Shown here piece after piece: positions 51,184 through 63,098 of a DNA stretch of 64,000 bases. The translations under genes were made by a program, and so were the position numbers. A model generated the notes under the pieces. The model was not told where the DNA came from. It saw only the letters and a program-made list of their open reading frames with translations, and searched no databases. Source of the stretch: Raillietiella orientalis. Lineage: Eukaryota. The DNA lies in NCBI GenBank assembly GCA_036172245.1, contig JAYWIR010000003.1:1860001-1924000 (forward strand), written 5' to 3'. Position 1 is the stretch's first letter, and each line of letters opens with the position of its first letter.

Positions 51184-52650
51184 TTACAGGGCTCCCTCTT
51201 TCTCCCTCCCTGCTATTGTGTTGCGAAATCAGTCGGTTTCTGGTCGACCTGCTTGAGGAACCCTGTAGAGCAGGGACTGTTGCACCGGGCGAGTGCAGTC
51301 TGGCGTCGCTTCCTGGTCCTTTTCTTCTTAGTCCTGGTGAGCTCGTGGGGAGAGGCGACCGGGAGGAGGAGCTTCCGGATCCCTCTAGGGAAAGCAGCCC
51401 CTGCCTGCTGCTACTCCCAGACTCACGCAGAAGCGCTCAGAGTCGGTGACCCGGTCGCTTCCCCCTGCTACTGCGCCTACCTGCCCCTCTTTTCTGGCCC
51501 CTACCTGCCCTTCCTACCTGCCCCTCTTTTCTGGTCACAATACCCAGCCTGGATTCCACCCTCCGCGGTCCTTGCGAAGGGACTTTTGGGACGGGGAATG
51601 CAGCCTCCTCCCCCCGCGTGTCATGGACTTGGCAGCGGCGGCGTCCGGTAGAGCCCGCGGGAGGACAGGTTCGCATCGGCCCCCAAGGCGGGGGTCATCA
51701 GTCGTCGGAGAGACCCACGTGGCGTCCTCCTGCTCCGCGAAGAGCCGCGACGTGCCACTCGTCGGCCGCGACGACCGGCACCGCGAGTGCGCCGCCGCCG
51801 GCTATCTGCCGGCGGCCCACGCCCCTTCCGGCGACCTCGCAACTCCCTCTTCTTGACCGGAGGAGGAATCTCTCTCCAGACCCCCAAGGCGTGGATGCAT
51901 GAGCACCCCCCGTGAGAGGCGAGTCCCTCCCCGAGGCACTCGCTTATCACGCGCGTCTCCGCTTCGATTCTATGGACAGCCGCGGGAGGTGCTCTGGCGC
52001 AGACGGAGGAGGCCGTACGCGTGGCAACGACGACGACGCTTTGCTCCGCCGGCTGACCCTGAACAGAGCGCACTTTCACGTGTTCTCTTTTGCACAGGAG
52101 GACCCTGCAGCCGGACGAAATCGAGAGTGGAGTGCCGGGACCTAGGAGCGCTTCGAGTCTCCAGGACCACTTCGCCCGAAGCAGCGGTCATCGCAGCGGT
52201 GTGATGAACAGCCAGAAGGGGAGGGGGGAAAAATGGGACTGACGCCAGGGACGCAGCAAAGGACGCTGTCCTTTTTTCTCCTTTGTTTTCGCGCGCACCC
52301 ACTGCAAAGCAAGGAGTGCGCTCCTCGCTTCGCAAGGGTGGGGGCGTGAGCGGGGGGGGGGGGGTGACTCCGTCCAGCACGAACGACCCTCCCTTTTCTG
52401 TGCTTTCAGGTGAACCCGACGCCCTCTGAAGGTGACCGGAAATAATGAGCAGGACTCGGACATCCTAAGAGACAGACCCCACCTGTGTTTCTGTGTTCGC
52501 GTCCCGTTCCCCTCCCCCGACCCCCCTTCCCTCCCCCTCCCCTTTTTTTCCCCTCTTGGAGATGGAGTGGAACAGCGGTGGTCCTAGAGTGGAAGCTGCG
52601 CGCGTCATCTGCTGGTTCTCGCGCCTGAAGCACTGCCGCGACCGCCTCTG

Positions 52651-52754
52651 ATGGGCAACAAAATCAGCTCTTGCGCTTCCCTCGCGAAGCGGAGCCACTC
52701 TCACGAGCACTCGCCGTGGCAGATGACCAGGAAGAAGGACGGTCACATGCTGAG
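52651..52754 (+). CDS. sif: still life (Tiam1-like Rac GEF, type-1 isoform) coding exon 1
   Basis: ATG at 52651 reads MGNKISSCASLAKRSHSHEHSPWQMTRKKDGHML(R). This matches the Drosophila SIF type 1 N-terminus (MGNKLSCSC...SPWQ...DGHLL) and has an MGxxxS myristoylation motif. Donor AG|GTGAGC at 52755, phase 2. Confidence 0.9.
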
Positions 52755-53912
52755 GTGAGCGGCCGCCTGCTCGCGCGCCCCAGACGCCTTGGCACCCCTG
52801 CACCCGCCGCCTTCCTCCCATTCTTTGTCTTTTCCGTCCCGGCCGTGGCCGCTACCGTCATCACCTTCTTCTTCGTCGTCGTCCTCCTCGTCCCTCCCTG
52901 CGGCAATCCATGTTCCCTTTCCTCCCTCGACGCGGATCGAAGCGAGAGCGGCGGGGCAGCCTCCGGGAAGACGCGCGCCCGTCCCCGAGGTCCCGGAGAT
53001 AAGCGGTTCCCGAGCGGAGGATCCTCGGCTGCGGAGGCGATCAATCAGCCGCGGGGACGGGCAGGAGCCGTTCTGGTCAGATCGATCTTCCCGGCCTGCT
53101 TTTCCCGCTCCTCGCGAAGCGGAGGCTTCTGGGAAGTTGGGGGGGGGGGGGGAGGAGAAAGGAGGAGGTCCGGGAAGATCCCCGCGCCCTAATTCCCTCA
53201 GCCCGGGTCCTCCGCACCCGCGACAGGAGTGGCGGCTGCCCGCGGACCGGAATACGGAGGAGCGCTGAGTCCTCCTGACCGCCTGACCCCTCTCTGACCT
53301 TGCACCCATCCCAGCCCCGCCCTCCTTCCCGCCTCGCCGTCGGGAGTCCGCCCCGCAGCCCCGAAGCGGCCTCCATCCGCGAAGACGGGGGCACCGCGGG
53401 CTCCTGCGACCGACAGCCGCGCCGCCGACCCCCGCCCACCCGTCCCAGCGGGTATCGAGAGTCGAGGCTCCCACGTCCGGGCTCTCAGTTCGCGCCCATG
53501 GTCGCCGCCACTTTTGCTCTTTCCTCGTCCCTCATCTTCCTCCCCTCCGCTCACAGCCTCATCGGCCTCTCCCTATCCCGTAGCATTGCCATCGCCACCA
53601 TACTCTTGTTCTTCCCTCGCCCGCCACACCTTCCTCATCGACATCGTCGCCGCCACCGCCCTACCTCTCGCCCTTCGTCTTTTCCCCCGCTCCTCCTCGC
53701 CACGGTATCCATCACTATTGTGAACCTCACCTGCGGAAAGCGAAAGTTTGACCGTAGCGGGAGTTCACGCCATCCTTCCCTGAATGGTCGCCCTCGCTCC
53801 CCAACCGGCGGCACCCGACCGCAGCCCTGGAAACCGCGCCGCAGCCAAGCAGCTTTGCTCCTCCTCTTCCTTGAAAGCGCTCCCGCACACGTTCGCCCGC
53901 CGTTCCTTCCAG

Positions 53913-54097
53913 GTTGTGGGCGGAGGTGTTCCATGTGAGTGCGACGGGCACGGGGTCCGTCAAGTGGATGCAGATCTCCGAGGATCTGGTCCCCGTGAAC
54001 ATCACCTGCATCCAGGATCACCCAGAGTTCGTGTTCCACATCACCGCCTACAGCTCGCAGGTGGAGAAGATTCTGGACGTGAAACTGGTACAGCCTG
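53913..54097 (+). CDS. sif: still life coding exon 2 (EVH1/WH1-like domain)
   Basis: Acceptor TTCCTTCCAG|G in the correct phase. Encodes LWAEVFHVSATGTGSVKWMQISEDLVPVNITCIQDHPEFVFHITAYSSQVEKILDVKLVQP, near-identical to the SIF EVH1-like domain. Donor G|GTAATC at 54098. Confidence 0.95.
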
Positions 54098-54160
54098 GTA
54101 ATCTCCCAGCCCCCCGAGGGTCCGCCCTCTGACCGCGGCGTCCCTGACGCGTCTCCGTAG

Positions 54161-54279
54161 GAACGAGGCTTGGTCAGGCGTCCGAGTGCTTCGTGTACTG
54201 GAGGGACCCATCCACGGGGGACACCTGGGGACTGAACTTCACCTCTCCGGTGGACGCGAGGCACTTCCGGGAATGCTGC
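54161..54279 (+). CDS. sif: still life coding exon 3 (EVH1-like domain C-terminal half)
   Basis: Preceded by a 63-nt GT..AG intron (54098-54160). Encodes GTRLGQASECFVYWRDPSTGDTWGLNFTSPVDARHFRECC, with the EVH1 WGLNF motif. Donor TGC|GTGAGT, phase 0. Confidence 0.95.
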
Positions 54280-57200
54280 GTGAGTACCCGCCGCCTCTTC
54301 CCATCTGGGAGAGCGAGGCTGCTCTGCGGCGCCGCCGCGAGAGGGCGCGCTCCGGACTGCGCAAGACAACGCGAGAACGGGATGGGGGGAGGAAATGGCG
54401 GTTCAGCTGCTGCCGCGTCTTCGGGCGCCCGGAAGTTGGCGCGATACGCCTCGAGAGCGATCGCGGCGGCGCGGACACTGCCGCCGGGCTTCCCGAGTCT
54501 CTTTTCGCTCGATTTCGAGCCCCCTCCCCTCCCTTTCTCTCTCTTCCCCCCTTCTCCAGCGCAAAAATACAAAGCGAGGATGACTTCACCGACTCGCTAG
54601 AACTCGTACAGCACGTGGAGACCGCGATCGATCGGATCAGGAACACCTGCGAAGGCAAGCGCAAAGGGAATGGAGAGACATGGGTCAGCGGGTGACCTCG
54701 CAGGCTGCCCCTCCAGTTGAAGCGAGCGCGATGTGGACGGCAGACGATCCCTCTCATGAACCGGGACTTCCCCCAGGCGGAGCTTGCGAAAGCTTGAGCC
54801 CGGAGGACGTCTCCTGGGAAACGCAATTGTCCTTGCTTCTCGGGAGCGGTGGGAAGGGAGGTTCGGAAAGGCAGGGAACTCCCGATCCGCTACTGGGAAA
54901 TGAGGAGGTCGAGAGCGGACAGGCGGGATGCCGAGTGCGGGATCAGAGGAACCAGGGATCAGCCCGCAGCACCGGTTATCATCTTCAGGATGCTGCTGGA
55001 GCTTTTTCCGCATTCGAGCTCCGGCTTTGTGCCTTCGACCGCGTTCACGGAGACCTCGGGAGAGCGACGGGTCCATCCGGAGGAGGCCTTCCCTCCGCAT
55101 ACAGTGCGCCTAAGCCTTTCCCTGAAGCCATAAATTTCTTCCGCAAGTCAGCGTCACCAACATGCCGCCGGAACCAATCAAAAGCACTGCCGAGAGCAAG
55201 CCGGCGCGTGAATCCGGGCTCACAGAGGATGGAGGGGAGGGGAGGGACCTCTGTCTGCGCAGACGGGAACGCTCGACGGACTCCTCCGAACCCATGAGGG
55301 AAAAATTCGTCCTCCATCTCAGAACTCACAACTCTAAAAAAGAAGATGCAAGTGATGCAGGGAAGTGGTTGCCCCCTCCTTTCCACTCCCCCCCCCCCCT
55401 AAGAAGGCAGAATTCGCTCCTGGGAAACAGATGCAAGTATCCGAAGAGGAAGGAGTGCGTGAGTTGCTCCCAGACTTCGGGAAGAAGCGACGAAACGGGA
55501 CGCTCGCCAGAGCTCGGCGGAGCCAACTCACTCCTCGAGAGCTGCCCACTTTCCTACTCGGCAAACGATGCGCGGTCCAGGCTACGAACCGACGTCTCTC
55601 CCTGTTTCCTGAATTTTTTTTTTTGTGTGATGCTCTGAGGCACCTCCACGATTCTCGCCATCACTTGATTGCTGCCACGATCCCTCCCCATCCTCGCTCC
55701 ACGATCCACCACGTTTCCAGTCGGTCACGAACAGATCTCTTCCGCGGGAAAGACCGTGCGGAGATGCTCTCGACCGGATCTTCTCAGGACCACCCTGAGG
55801 AAGTGACATCCAAGTCGACCATGCCTCAAGGCCTGCAAGACACGGGAAGCGACGTTCGCCCGCGGCTTCAACGCTTCACTGAACGGCCGACCCCAGAGTC
55901 GCCGCCATTCGTTTTCTTTCGAGGTTCGTGAAAGCGCCCTTGGAGCGGAGAGGCCTGCTGTGAAGATGTTTGAGATGCTGCTTGAGATGAAAACACGAAG
56001 AAGGTTACAGCATGGACTTCCGTCGCACCTCTGCAGAATAAACTCTTCGCTTGATTCTCGGGAGGACACCGATCTCCGTGGAAACCCTTCTGTAGTCCAA
56101 AGAGCGACGCGGTGGTTGTCTGACGAACCACGCTTCTGGAAGAACCGTTAGTTCCTTCATGGAGATCAAAAGGTGAATGCGCTGTCAGCAGGGATACTTC
56201 TTTTACGAGAACAGCAACGACATCTGAAAAGCGCCCTGGTCAAACTGAAGACTCTTGCTGTATGGAAAGGCGTCGCGAAGGCTGGAGCATGCGCTCGCTT
56301 GGTGCTTTCGTTAATTTCGTCCAAGATCTTGATGGTTGTGTCGGCTTTCGGAGGTCTGGATGGTTGCGAGTCTCAACTTCATGACCGGAAGTCCACGAGA
56401 AGAATGTCGCACATCCTCAAAATCACATTGCTGGCTTCATCCTTTCGTCTCTGTGGCAACCGCGTTGCTAATCTCCATCAGCACGACCGCTGCTACGGAA
56501 AATGGATACCGAAAGGAAAAAGTTTGGACCGCGACAAAACTCCGGCATGGCCGCTTTCGGTGTCCCCATTTCGATATCTCATAAAGATTGCAAGACTGCT
56601 TGCTGCTCGCTCTGTTTTCTCCGCACCTCCACCCCGATTTCCTTTCACATAGAACTGCTCTCTAGACCCAACGCTGTTCAGTTACTCCTCGGTTTTTACT
56701 CACTGCTCATCCCCATGAGCGCCTGCATCTGACTGGACGCCGTTTCATTCCTGCAGACCCACGCAACAAACTCACACAGCGGGAAGCGACATGCCACAAT
56801 CAACGGCACTCTTTTGAGCAGCCTCTTTCGGGAGGGCTCCGCACAGATAGATGAGACGTGACCCGTGCCGTGCGGAAGCGAGATCGAAAATCGGCGCCGT
56901 CGGCGACAACTAGCGATGCAAACGGGTAGACCGATCTGTCCTTTAGCGTCCAGCTTCAGCTAACGGGGCTCGCGACCTCTGACCTACGGAAACCTTCCAG
57001 TTCCGTCGCAGTTGCTTCATCCAGACCTGGAAACCCGGCTTCGTAGGTGCTCACTCCCTGCCGAGTTCATCCTTCGATAATTTCACGATCGGAGGACATC
57101 CCTCTGGGTCCCCTGACCAATGGACCAAGGGAGACGAACTGCTGCTTTCTTCCTTTCTTTGACGGACTAAAATGCTAAAGAGTTTATATCGTCTTTTATC

Positions 57201-58203
57201 ATCGTGCACGCACCCACTCACGCGCTCGCTCATGTGTGGTGGCAGTGCGTGGTCGAAGCAGCGCTTGTGCTTTTGCAAAACATGCCTCCCCCCTCGTCTT
57301 CCTTCCCCCCTCCCCTCTCTTTGCTTGCCTCCGGGAAGCAGTTCCATCCGGAAGCCGAGCCTGTTCGGTTTCGGTGTTGTCATTCCCATGAACACACAAA
57401 GGCACACTTACACGTATACTTAGGCGATATGGATGTGCGATAGGATGCGAGCAGGGTTCAGGAGCTTCGATGGATTCGTTCTTGGTCTGCAGTTCTGGTA
57501 AAAAGTCTTCAAGAAAGAACGGAGCGTCGACGAGGCAGAGTGCTTTCGTGGCCTACGACGCGATGTCGCCCTACAGACGCCAGCTTGCCGATTGTAGTTG
57601 CGCCGGGAAGTTTCAGCTGGGCGCCGAAGAAGCACGGCGGAACACTTCGAAAGAAGACCGCAGGTCTCGCAGCCAAGAAGCAGCTGCAGCCGTGAAGGAG
57701 CTGCTCACACCCTTTGTTATCGCGCCCCGCGTGGCAGTTCCCAGGAGTGGCCTTTCCTTCCCTCTTCGTCTTAGCAGTGACCTAGACGTGCCTCTTCAGA
57801 GCCGCGTGTCACGGGCAGAGAGGTCCATGGTTACCCCGCGAGTCGATCCGCGCGCGCGGCAACGCGCCATCTCTCCGCTTCCGTTGCTTCTCGAGCGCGT
57901 GGGCCGGCACGCTTGGCCTCGAACTGGAAATCCACAGCCTGAGGAGGAAACGCGTCGTCTGCGGTGGCTCACCGGTGCAGCCTGCTCCTCCCTTTTTTTC
58001 CTCCGGAAGGTCGCACGGTTCAACCGCGAGGACGATGGGACTACGCCTGCCGCGTTCCTCATCTCCTGGCTGCGGAGATGCGTTCTTGAACGTCACGCGC
58101 CCCCGACCGCCTGCCAGACGAGCATCTTCGTCTTCGCGCCTCCTCGCACCCGCAAGCTCCCACTCATTTTTTTTTTTTTTCTCTTCTTCCCTTCGGATTC
58201 CAG

Positions 58204-58417
58204 ACTCCGGCCTTCAAGTTCTCCAGAAAGGCGTCGTCCAACTACTCGCTGAAAATGGAAACCAACAACCAGCAAAGGGGGAAAATAACCTACAGGACCC
58301 AGTCCACGCCAGCTTCGCCGTCTCGCTCCCGAGAGCCTCAGTGCACCTGCATGACTGTGGAGCAGCTCGCTCGTCTGAAGGCCATGCACGAGTCCAGATA
58401 CCGGGCGATGAACTCAC
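58204..58417 (+). CDS. sif: still life coding exon 4 (gene continues beyond window)
   Basis: Long poly-T/pyrimidine tract then TTCCAG|. Phase 0 encodes TPAFKFSRKASSNYSLKME...QSTPASPSRSREPQCTCMTVEQLARL, matching SIF SPSFKFSRKASSSYSLK...STPASPSR...EPQCTCM. Donor C|GTGAGT at 58418. Confidence 0.93.
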
Positions 58418-60207
58418 GTGAGTGTCCACTTAAGTTCTTGAGATTTCTTGAGATGGTACGCGCGCTGAATATCTGCTCGGAGATCTGCGAAACCTAAAAA
58501 CTGGACACCGTTTTGTTCCAAAAAACAAAAAAAACACACACACACACACGCAAAAAAAAAAAAGAAAAAAAGATGCGGCTACAGGAATGGCATCTCCGTC
58601 GCACCATTCCGTTCTTGTCGGGCGTCCGCGCCACTACCACGTCCCCCTATGCTTTCCTGTGGTTCCCACGTTGTACTCGAAAACTGTGCACCGCTTTCTC
58701 GACGGAAATGGGACCCCCCGCTCAGAGACACCGAGCCGATCCTGGAGTGAAGGGAAAAGGGCGCAGCATCTCCCAAGTAAGTGCCCGATGGAAAGAGCCT
58801 GATTGCCGGCGGCCGGGACCTGGATTTCTCCTCGTCTTGCACGCGAATCGCCAGCAAAGGGAGACGCCGCGACTCCCAAAAACTTCCTGTCGGAGATACC
58901 TGTCCTGTTCCTTGAGGGTTTGCCCCCTCCGCTCTCCGGACCATCCCCGCGTCGGGAATCCGATCGTGCGGTGGCCGGAACCGGTGAAAATGATCCCCCC
59001 CACCCCACCCCTTTGAGCTACGTCATCTTCCATGAGCCATCTCTCATCCTCTTCGTCCGCTAAACGCTCCTTTCGCTCCTCGTTCGTCCGCGGAGCTCGG
59101 AAGGAAAAATTCCACCCGGTGGTTTTGCAAATGGCCGCATTCAGGGCGACCTCACCTCTCCGAGCTACGGCGTGTTCCTCCCACAACTTGAAGATCTCTC
59201 CGCATCCATGCGACCTGTATAGAATGTGTCCATCTTGCAGCCGTACCTTATGACGTCCGTCGCCCGTTTCTAAGAACGGGCTTGGATTCCACCTCAGCTT
59301 CCAGCTTCGCGATTTCGCTCCCAGCTTTTCGTCCTGTCCAAGCAGATATCGGGATGATGTCTCCATGGGATGTTTTGGATTTCAATCTAAAATCTTGATG
59401 CGTTTCTTGGGAAGGTTTTCTCCCGATCATGAGGAAGCATCATCCATTTTTCCGTTGCTCCTCGCATGCGTCTCGAGCATGAGGGCAGTGCTCTCTCCCG
59501 GCTCTTCTCGAAATTGAATTGAGGTCGGAAAGCGCGCGCAACACAAATAAAAGCAGCGTGAGGACAGGTGGGGAGAGATAAGGCAGTTCCATCTCACGAA
59601 AGCAACTGGTAATCCTTTATCGGCTCCCGATGAAGGATAGTCAGCTCCAGCGGCCTCACTGATGTTCTGCCGGTTCATGCGTTCGCAACCTCGCTGATTG
59701 AGGCGTAGAGGCGATTCGCAACCAAATCAGCCCACGGGCATTCTCATCCGTCCTTTCCTGATGAGGGATGGCGATCGCACCCTTTGACGCGTTCCCCCTC
59801 CTCCGCGCGAAACGAATACGCCACGACGTTTGCTCCGTTTCGTGGAGAGGCCGCACGCCTCCTTCCTACCTCTTTTTGCGGACGCATTTGGCGCGGTGGT
59901 TCCCGGTCGGTTCGCAATCGGTAACGGAGCTACCTTTGCGGGACTCATCCCGTACGGGAGGGGAATCGAAGACAAGGAAACTGAGAAAGCGAGGAACAGT
60001 CCTCTGCATCTTCGGCTAGATTGGAACGGCAAACTCACACCTTTAGGTGAATTTATTGGACGCCATACATCACGACAGTCCCGCCTACACTGGGTAGATC
60101 CATCCCGTATGCAAAATTTGGCTGCCGTCGCCACTTGCAAGGAAGGAGAGGTGGGGTGGGGAGCCATACTTGGGTTGGGTCGGGTACGGGAGGAGGTCGT
60201 TCCTCGC

Positions 60208-60557
60208 TCATGTGAGGGGGGAGTACCTGGTCTTGTCCGGGAAGTTGACAAAGGAGCTCGTAGGGCTTAGCGTGTGATCCAGGAGGGTGGCGACATCGGC
60301 GTCGCACTTCTGGAAGACGATCATCCGGATGTCAGCGCTCAGGGAGACGCGTCCGGTGCGTGAGCTGCAGAAACGCAGGTAGATGAGGAGAGAGCGCAAC
60401 CGCTGCCGCGCGTCTGGATGGTGCTCGGAGGCGCTCACGCACAGGGTGCGCTGCCAGAGGAAGGTGGTTGACCGGGGGGGAGGGGGGCATATCGGCAAAG
60501 TCGTCAGCAAACCACGAACATCTTGACCACCGTCCTGCGCGGGACGAAGCGCGTCAC
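60208..60557 (-). pseudogene. FAM214: Frameshifted C-terminal fragment of a FAM214/Atos family gene
   Basis: Three frames give VTRFVPRRTVVKMFVV / DDFADMP / TTFLWQRTL...RLRSLLIYLRFCSSRTGRVSLSADIRMIV...(AKPYEL)...RYSPLT*. This parallels the FAM214A C-terminus VTLFNPNKTVVKMFVVIYDLRDMP...TFLRQRT...LRYLIHLRFQSSKSGKIYLHRDVRLL...YEL...FSP. Several frameshifts are needed. Confidence 0.85.
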
Positions 60558-61163
60558 CCTGTGAATTTACGTTCCAAATCCTTGCAGCGAGCGACCAGCG
60601 CTTACTGACAGCAGCAGCGGCTCTTGCCCTGACCTGGTGCATGCACTCTTAGAACCGTTGCTTCCAAGACTCGCGCTGTAGTTTTGTGACTTCCTATCCG
60701 GGGCAGCCCATGCCACGGTTCTCATTCTTCTGCACACTAGCAGCACTCCAGGTATGATGGTCAGGTTCCCGTTCGTGCCTGAGAGGTTCCTCGGCTTTGT
60801 CTTCGGTTCTGCCTTGAACGAACGAAAAGGCTGGAACGAAGAGTAACAGATGAGAATTTTCAACGTCTACATAAATGTAAGCGGTGGTGGCTTCCTGGAA
60901 TCACAGGAAACAGATTTTGCGAGTTCAGGACTTTCCTGTGGATTTGGCTGTCTTGTCCGATCCGGATGTCTTCCGACGCTGCCCCTCTTTCAGGAGAGCA
61001 GCGCAAACCTCCACTGCGGAAAACTGGCTGACTTTACGTGGGAATCCCTTCCTCTTCCACGTCGGCGTTCGAGAACCCGGAAGGGGAAAACATTGGTATC
61101 GGACGAGCGTCAAGTTTCTATTTGCTAATTACCGCCCGTTTGGCTCGTGGATCCGAGACGGAA

Positions 61164-61191
61164 ACGCACACGCACACGCACACGCACACGC
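61164..61191. repeat. (ACGCAC)n hexanucleotide microsatellite
   Basis: ACGCAC repeated about 4.5 times. Confidence 0.9.
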
Positions 61192-62994
61192 GGATGGAAG
61201 GGACACCGGGCAAGAGGAGCAGCAATATGGAAGCAAATCCAGCGAGGAGCAGCCATCGAAACGAAGGCGCGAAATGCTGCTTGGGAGGATTTTACGACGA
61301 GCGTGTTTACCCTCTTCGATGGGAAGGTGCAAAAAGCGTCGGCACCTAAAAACCAACACCTGACCCAGAGAGACCGCCGAGGACAGGGCGCAGTTCAGCG
61401 ACAGCGTTTATTGTCGACGTTGGTCACGCGTGGGTCACGGAGTGCTTTGTAGTAGGAACTGTGCACGACGCGTTGCGCCATCGTCGCGGTCATTTGCATG
61501 TGGACCGTGTCAATTGCCAGGGATGGTACAGGGGCCGAGGTTTCGCAAAGCAGGAGCGGGGAGCTCACGGGAACCGGGGAAAAGATGCGGGCGCGCCAGC
61601 GCGCCAGAATCGATCGAAAAGTCTTCGGATGAATTCTGGATCGGCAACCGAAAGTTTTTTCGCCCCCCCTTTTGTGTGTTTGTCTTCCGCTTTCGGAAGA
61701 TGCGCGGGATGAGAAAAGCATGGCGGGAAACTTCTCCTGGCTGTGGTCCTGAGGAATTCTAATTAAGAGGAGCGGAAATCCGAAATAGAAAAATGAAAAC
61801 GGGCTAACGGGTTCGTTTGCAAGACCCCCTTGACCTGTTTTTAATTTAAAATTTCCTGCATGCGATTTTGCATGAGTCAGCGACGGGAAGGCCCTTCTCA
61901 CAATGGTCCAAAGGAAGAAGAAAAAAAAATCTCATATCAAAAATCCTTAAATCAATTAGCAATTGTGATGTTAACAGCAGCTGCAATGGACTTGAAGCAA
62001 TAAAAACGGAGGTTCTTCCTGCAATGTAGAAATTAATCTCCAAAGTTGGTGTTGAGTGCTGAGGGGCCACGCAACGTGTTGTCGATGGGCTCAAATCGCT
62101 CTCTGAAGAATTTCGTGTAGAATGAGGGCGCGTTTTTCAAAACCTCATCCTCTTAGATAGGCATCTTCTTTCAAGGTTGCCGAGGCTGCTTTGCCCCCTG
62201 CTATCAGCGTCATCAGCTGCAGTTTTGAAAACGGGATGAAGGTGGACGGAACGAAGTTGTCCGGGAATGTGCTCGAGAAGAGCGAAATTCGGTAAACGGT
62301 GACGTGAGGTGTGGATGAGATCTGTATCTTGGAGGCGAGTAGGTGAGCGTTCCCACGAAATCCGTCTCGTCGATGGGCAGGGCCATCATAACTTGCCTCA
62401 CCTACGGAATCCTCGCGGCTGGCTCGCTATGGCCCATCGCGACGATGAACTCAGAGAGCAGAAGAGCGAACGCTTTTACGCAAGGGGGGAGGGGGGATCC
62501 CTCCCATAGAACCGGGGTGATATTTGAGGCAAAAGCAGAAGAACGACGATGCTGCAACTGTCAGCGCTCTTTATCATTCGGTGCCTACGTGAGGGAGGCT
62601 TTATTGAGGGAGGTCATTTTTTTTTTTTTTTTTTAAATTATGGTGGTGATGCGAAAGTCGCAACGAATTCCTCGAGCTCCATGAGGATGGGTGAAATGGG
62701 CGCTCCCAAACCTACGTGACTAGAATTTTCCCAAGGGTGCATTCCTGCTGACCACTTTTGAATGGAAACATTCGAAAAAGAGGAGGGGGGGAGGGGGAAG
62801 GAAAAATTCGGTGGATTGCAAAGCAAAGAAAAGAATTGCCTCTCATTTTATCAAATCAGCGATGCCGTTGCCAAAAGGGGTGCTTTCACTGACGAGATAT
62901 TCGGGGGCTGCTGAAAGGACTTATCGACTTTCGCCCACATTTCTGCTTGCTTTAATCGCTTTCCTCCGAGAGACAATTCTCGAAGCATTTGGGG

Positions 62995-63098
62995 GAAGGA
63001 GAAGAAGAAGAAGAAGAAGGAGAAGAAGAAATGACGGGTGGGGAACACCACGGAAAGCGCAAAAACAGGAAAAAGAAAGAAAGAAAGAAAGAAAAAGA
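62995..63098. repeat. (GAA)n and (GAAA)n simple repeats
   Basis: GAA run at ~62995-63030 and GAAA run at ~63073-63093. Confidence 0.9.

Noticed and set aside
45258..53938. Many long overlapping ORFs (e.g. 48892..49878, 45258..46100, 52743..53474)
   Set aside because: Arg/Pro/Gly/Ala-rich low-complexity translations in all frames, as expected by chance in GC-rich DNA. No domain motifs.
58990..59400. Protein-like minus-strand frames (IIPISAWTG; LQDGHILYRSHGCGEIFKLW)
   Set aside because: Isolated short resemblances (e.g. to a GTPase G5 motif) without the other required motifs.
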